DNA from: Octopus bimaculoides
Taxonomy: Eukaryota
Assembly: GCF_001194135.2 (NCBI RefSeq)
Contig: NC_068990.1
Location: forward strand, 45,271,915 to 45,335,914
DNA length: 64,000 nt
Reading direction: 5' to 3'
Shown here: piece by piece, positions 63,605-64,000 of the stretch
Layout of the letters: each line of letters begins with the position of its first letter
How positions within the stretch are numbered: the stretch's first letter is position 1
The notes under the pieces: model-generated
Seen by the model: the letters and a program-made list of their open reading frames with translations, nothing else
The model's database searches: none
What the model was told of the DNA's origin: nothing
Made by a program: the position numbers and the translations under genes

Positions 63605-64000
63605 CAGAGAGAGGATACTTCATGCCCAAAATAGACAAAACCTACAAAATGTGGTAGTTTTTCTCAATTTTATCTTCTATTATTCTCTTTTTAAGCCAAA
63701 GCAAAGAACTTTTCTGAGCCATATAAGCACCGACCAATTTTGGTCAAAGTTTATATAATAATAAACTATAATAAACCTGTGAATAGTAGGGAGTTTAAAC
63801 TTTTTGATTTTGAATACTGGTACCAAAGTAAGTAATGACTAAAGATGTATATTTTTGCCTTGAAAATGATGAATAATAGCTGTGATGCTAAATGATTTTA
63901 AGGCCATGAAGTAGTCGATTTTTCCAAATTCAGCTTTGGCTATATGTAGTGCCAAGTAGTAGTAATAAGATGTAAACATGCCTCTTTCAAGACTTGTCGA

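Overview
AT-rich, repeat-dense animal genomic DNA with four assembly gaps. The SINE and MITE families look like those of octopus/coleoid cephalopods; this is inferred from repeat recognition, not a database match. The one confidently identifiable gene is YTHDC1 (YT521-B, nuclear m6A reader) on the minus strand. I rebuilt 16 coding exons by hand from 58850 down to the stop at 22397 (1862 nt, about 620 aa, consistent phases, intact aromatic cage). Its true 5' end was not identified. The rest is intron or intergenic DNA carrying tRNA-derived SINEs, TTAA-flanked and mariner-like MITEs, decayed LINEs, microsatellites, a two-LTR Ty3/Gypsy remnant with a nested Helitron-like insertion inside a YTH-domain intron, and a TIR element carrying SAP+SWIM coding remnants. 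The strongest lead is the splicing architecture of YTHDC1. The only productive donor after the YTH domain is a weak GTTAGA flanked by three alternative donors that all give premature stops. There are also a candidate poison exon, a 27-nt microexon, a cassette exon, a GC/GT duplicated donor and a near-perfect 57-bp intronic hairpin. All splice models are predictions from sequence alone. No rRNA, tRNA gene or CRISPR array was seen.
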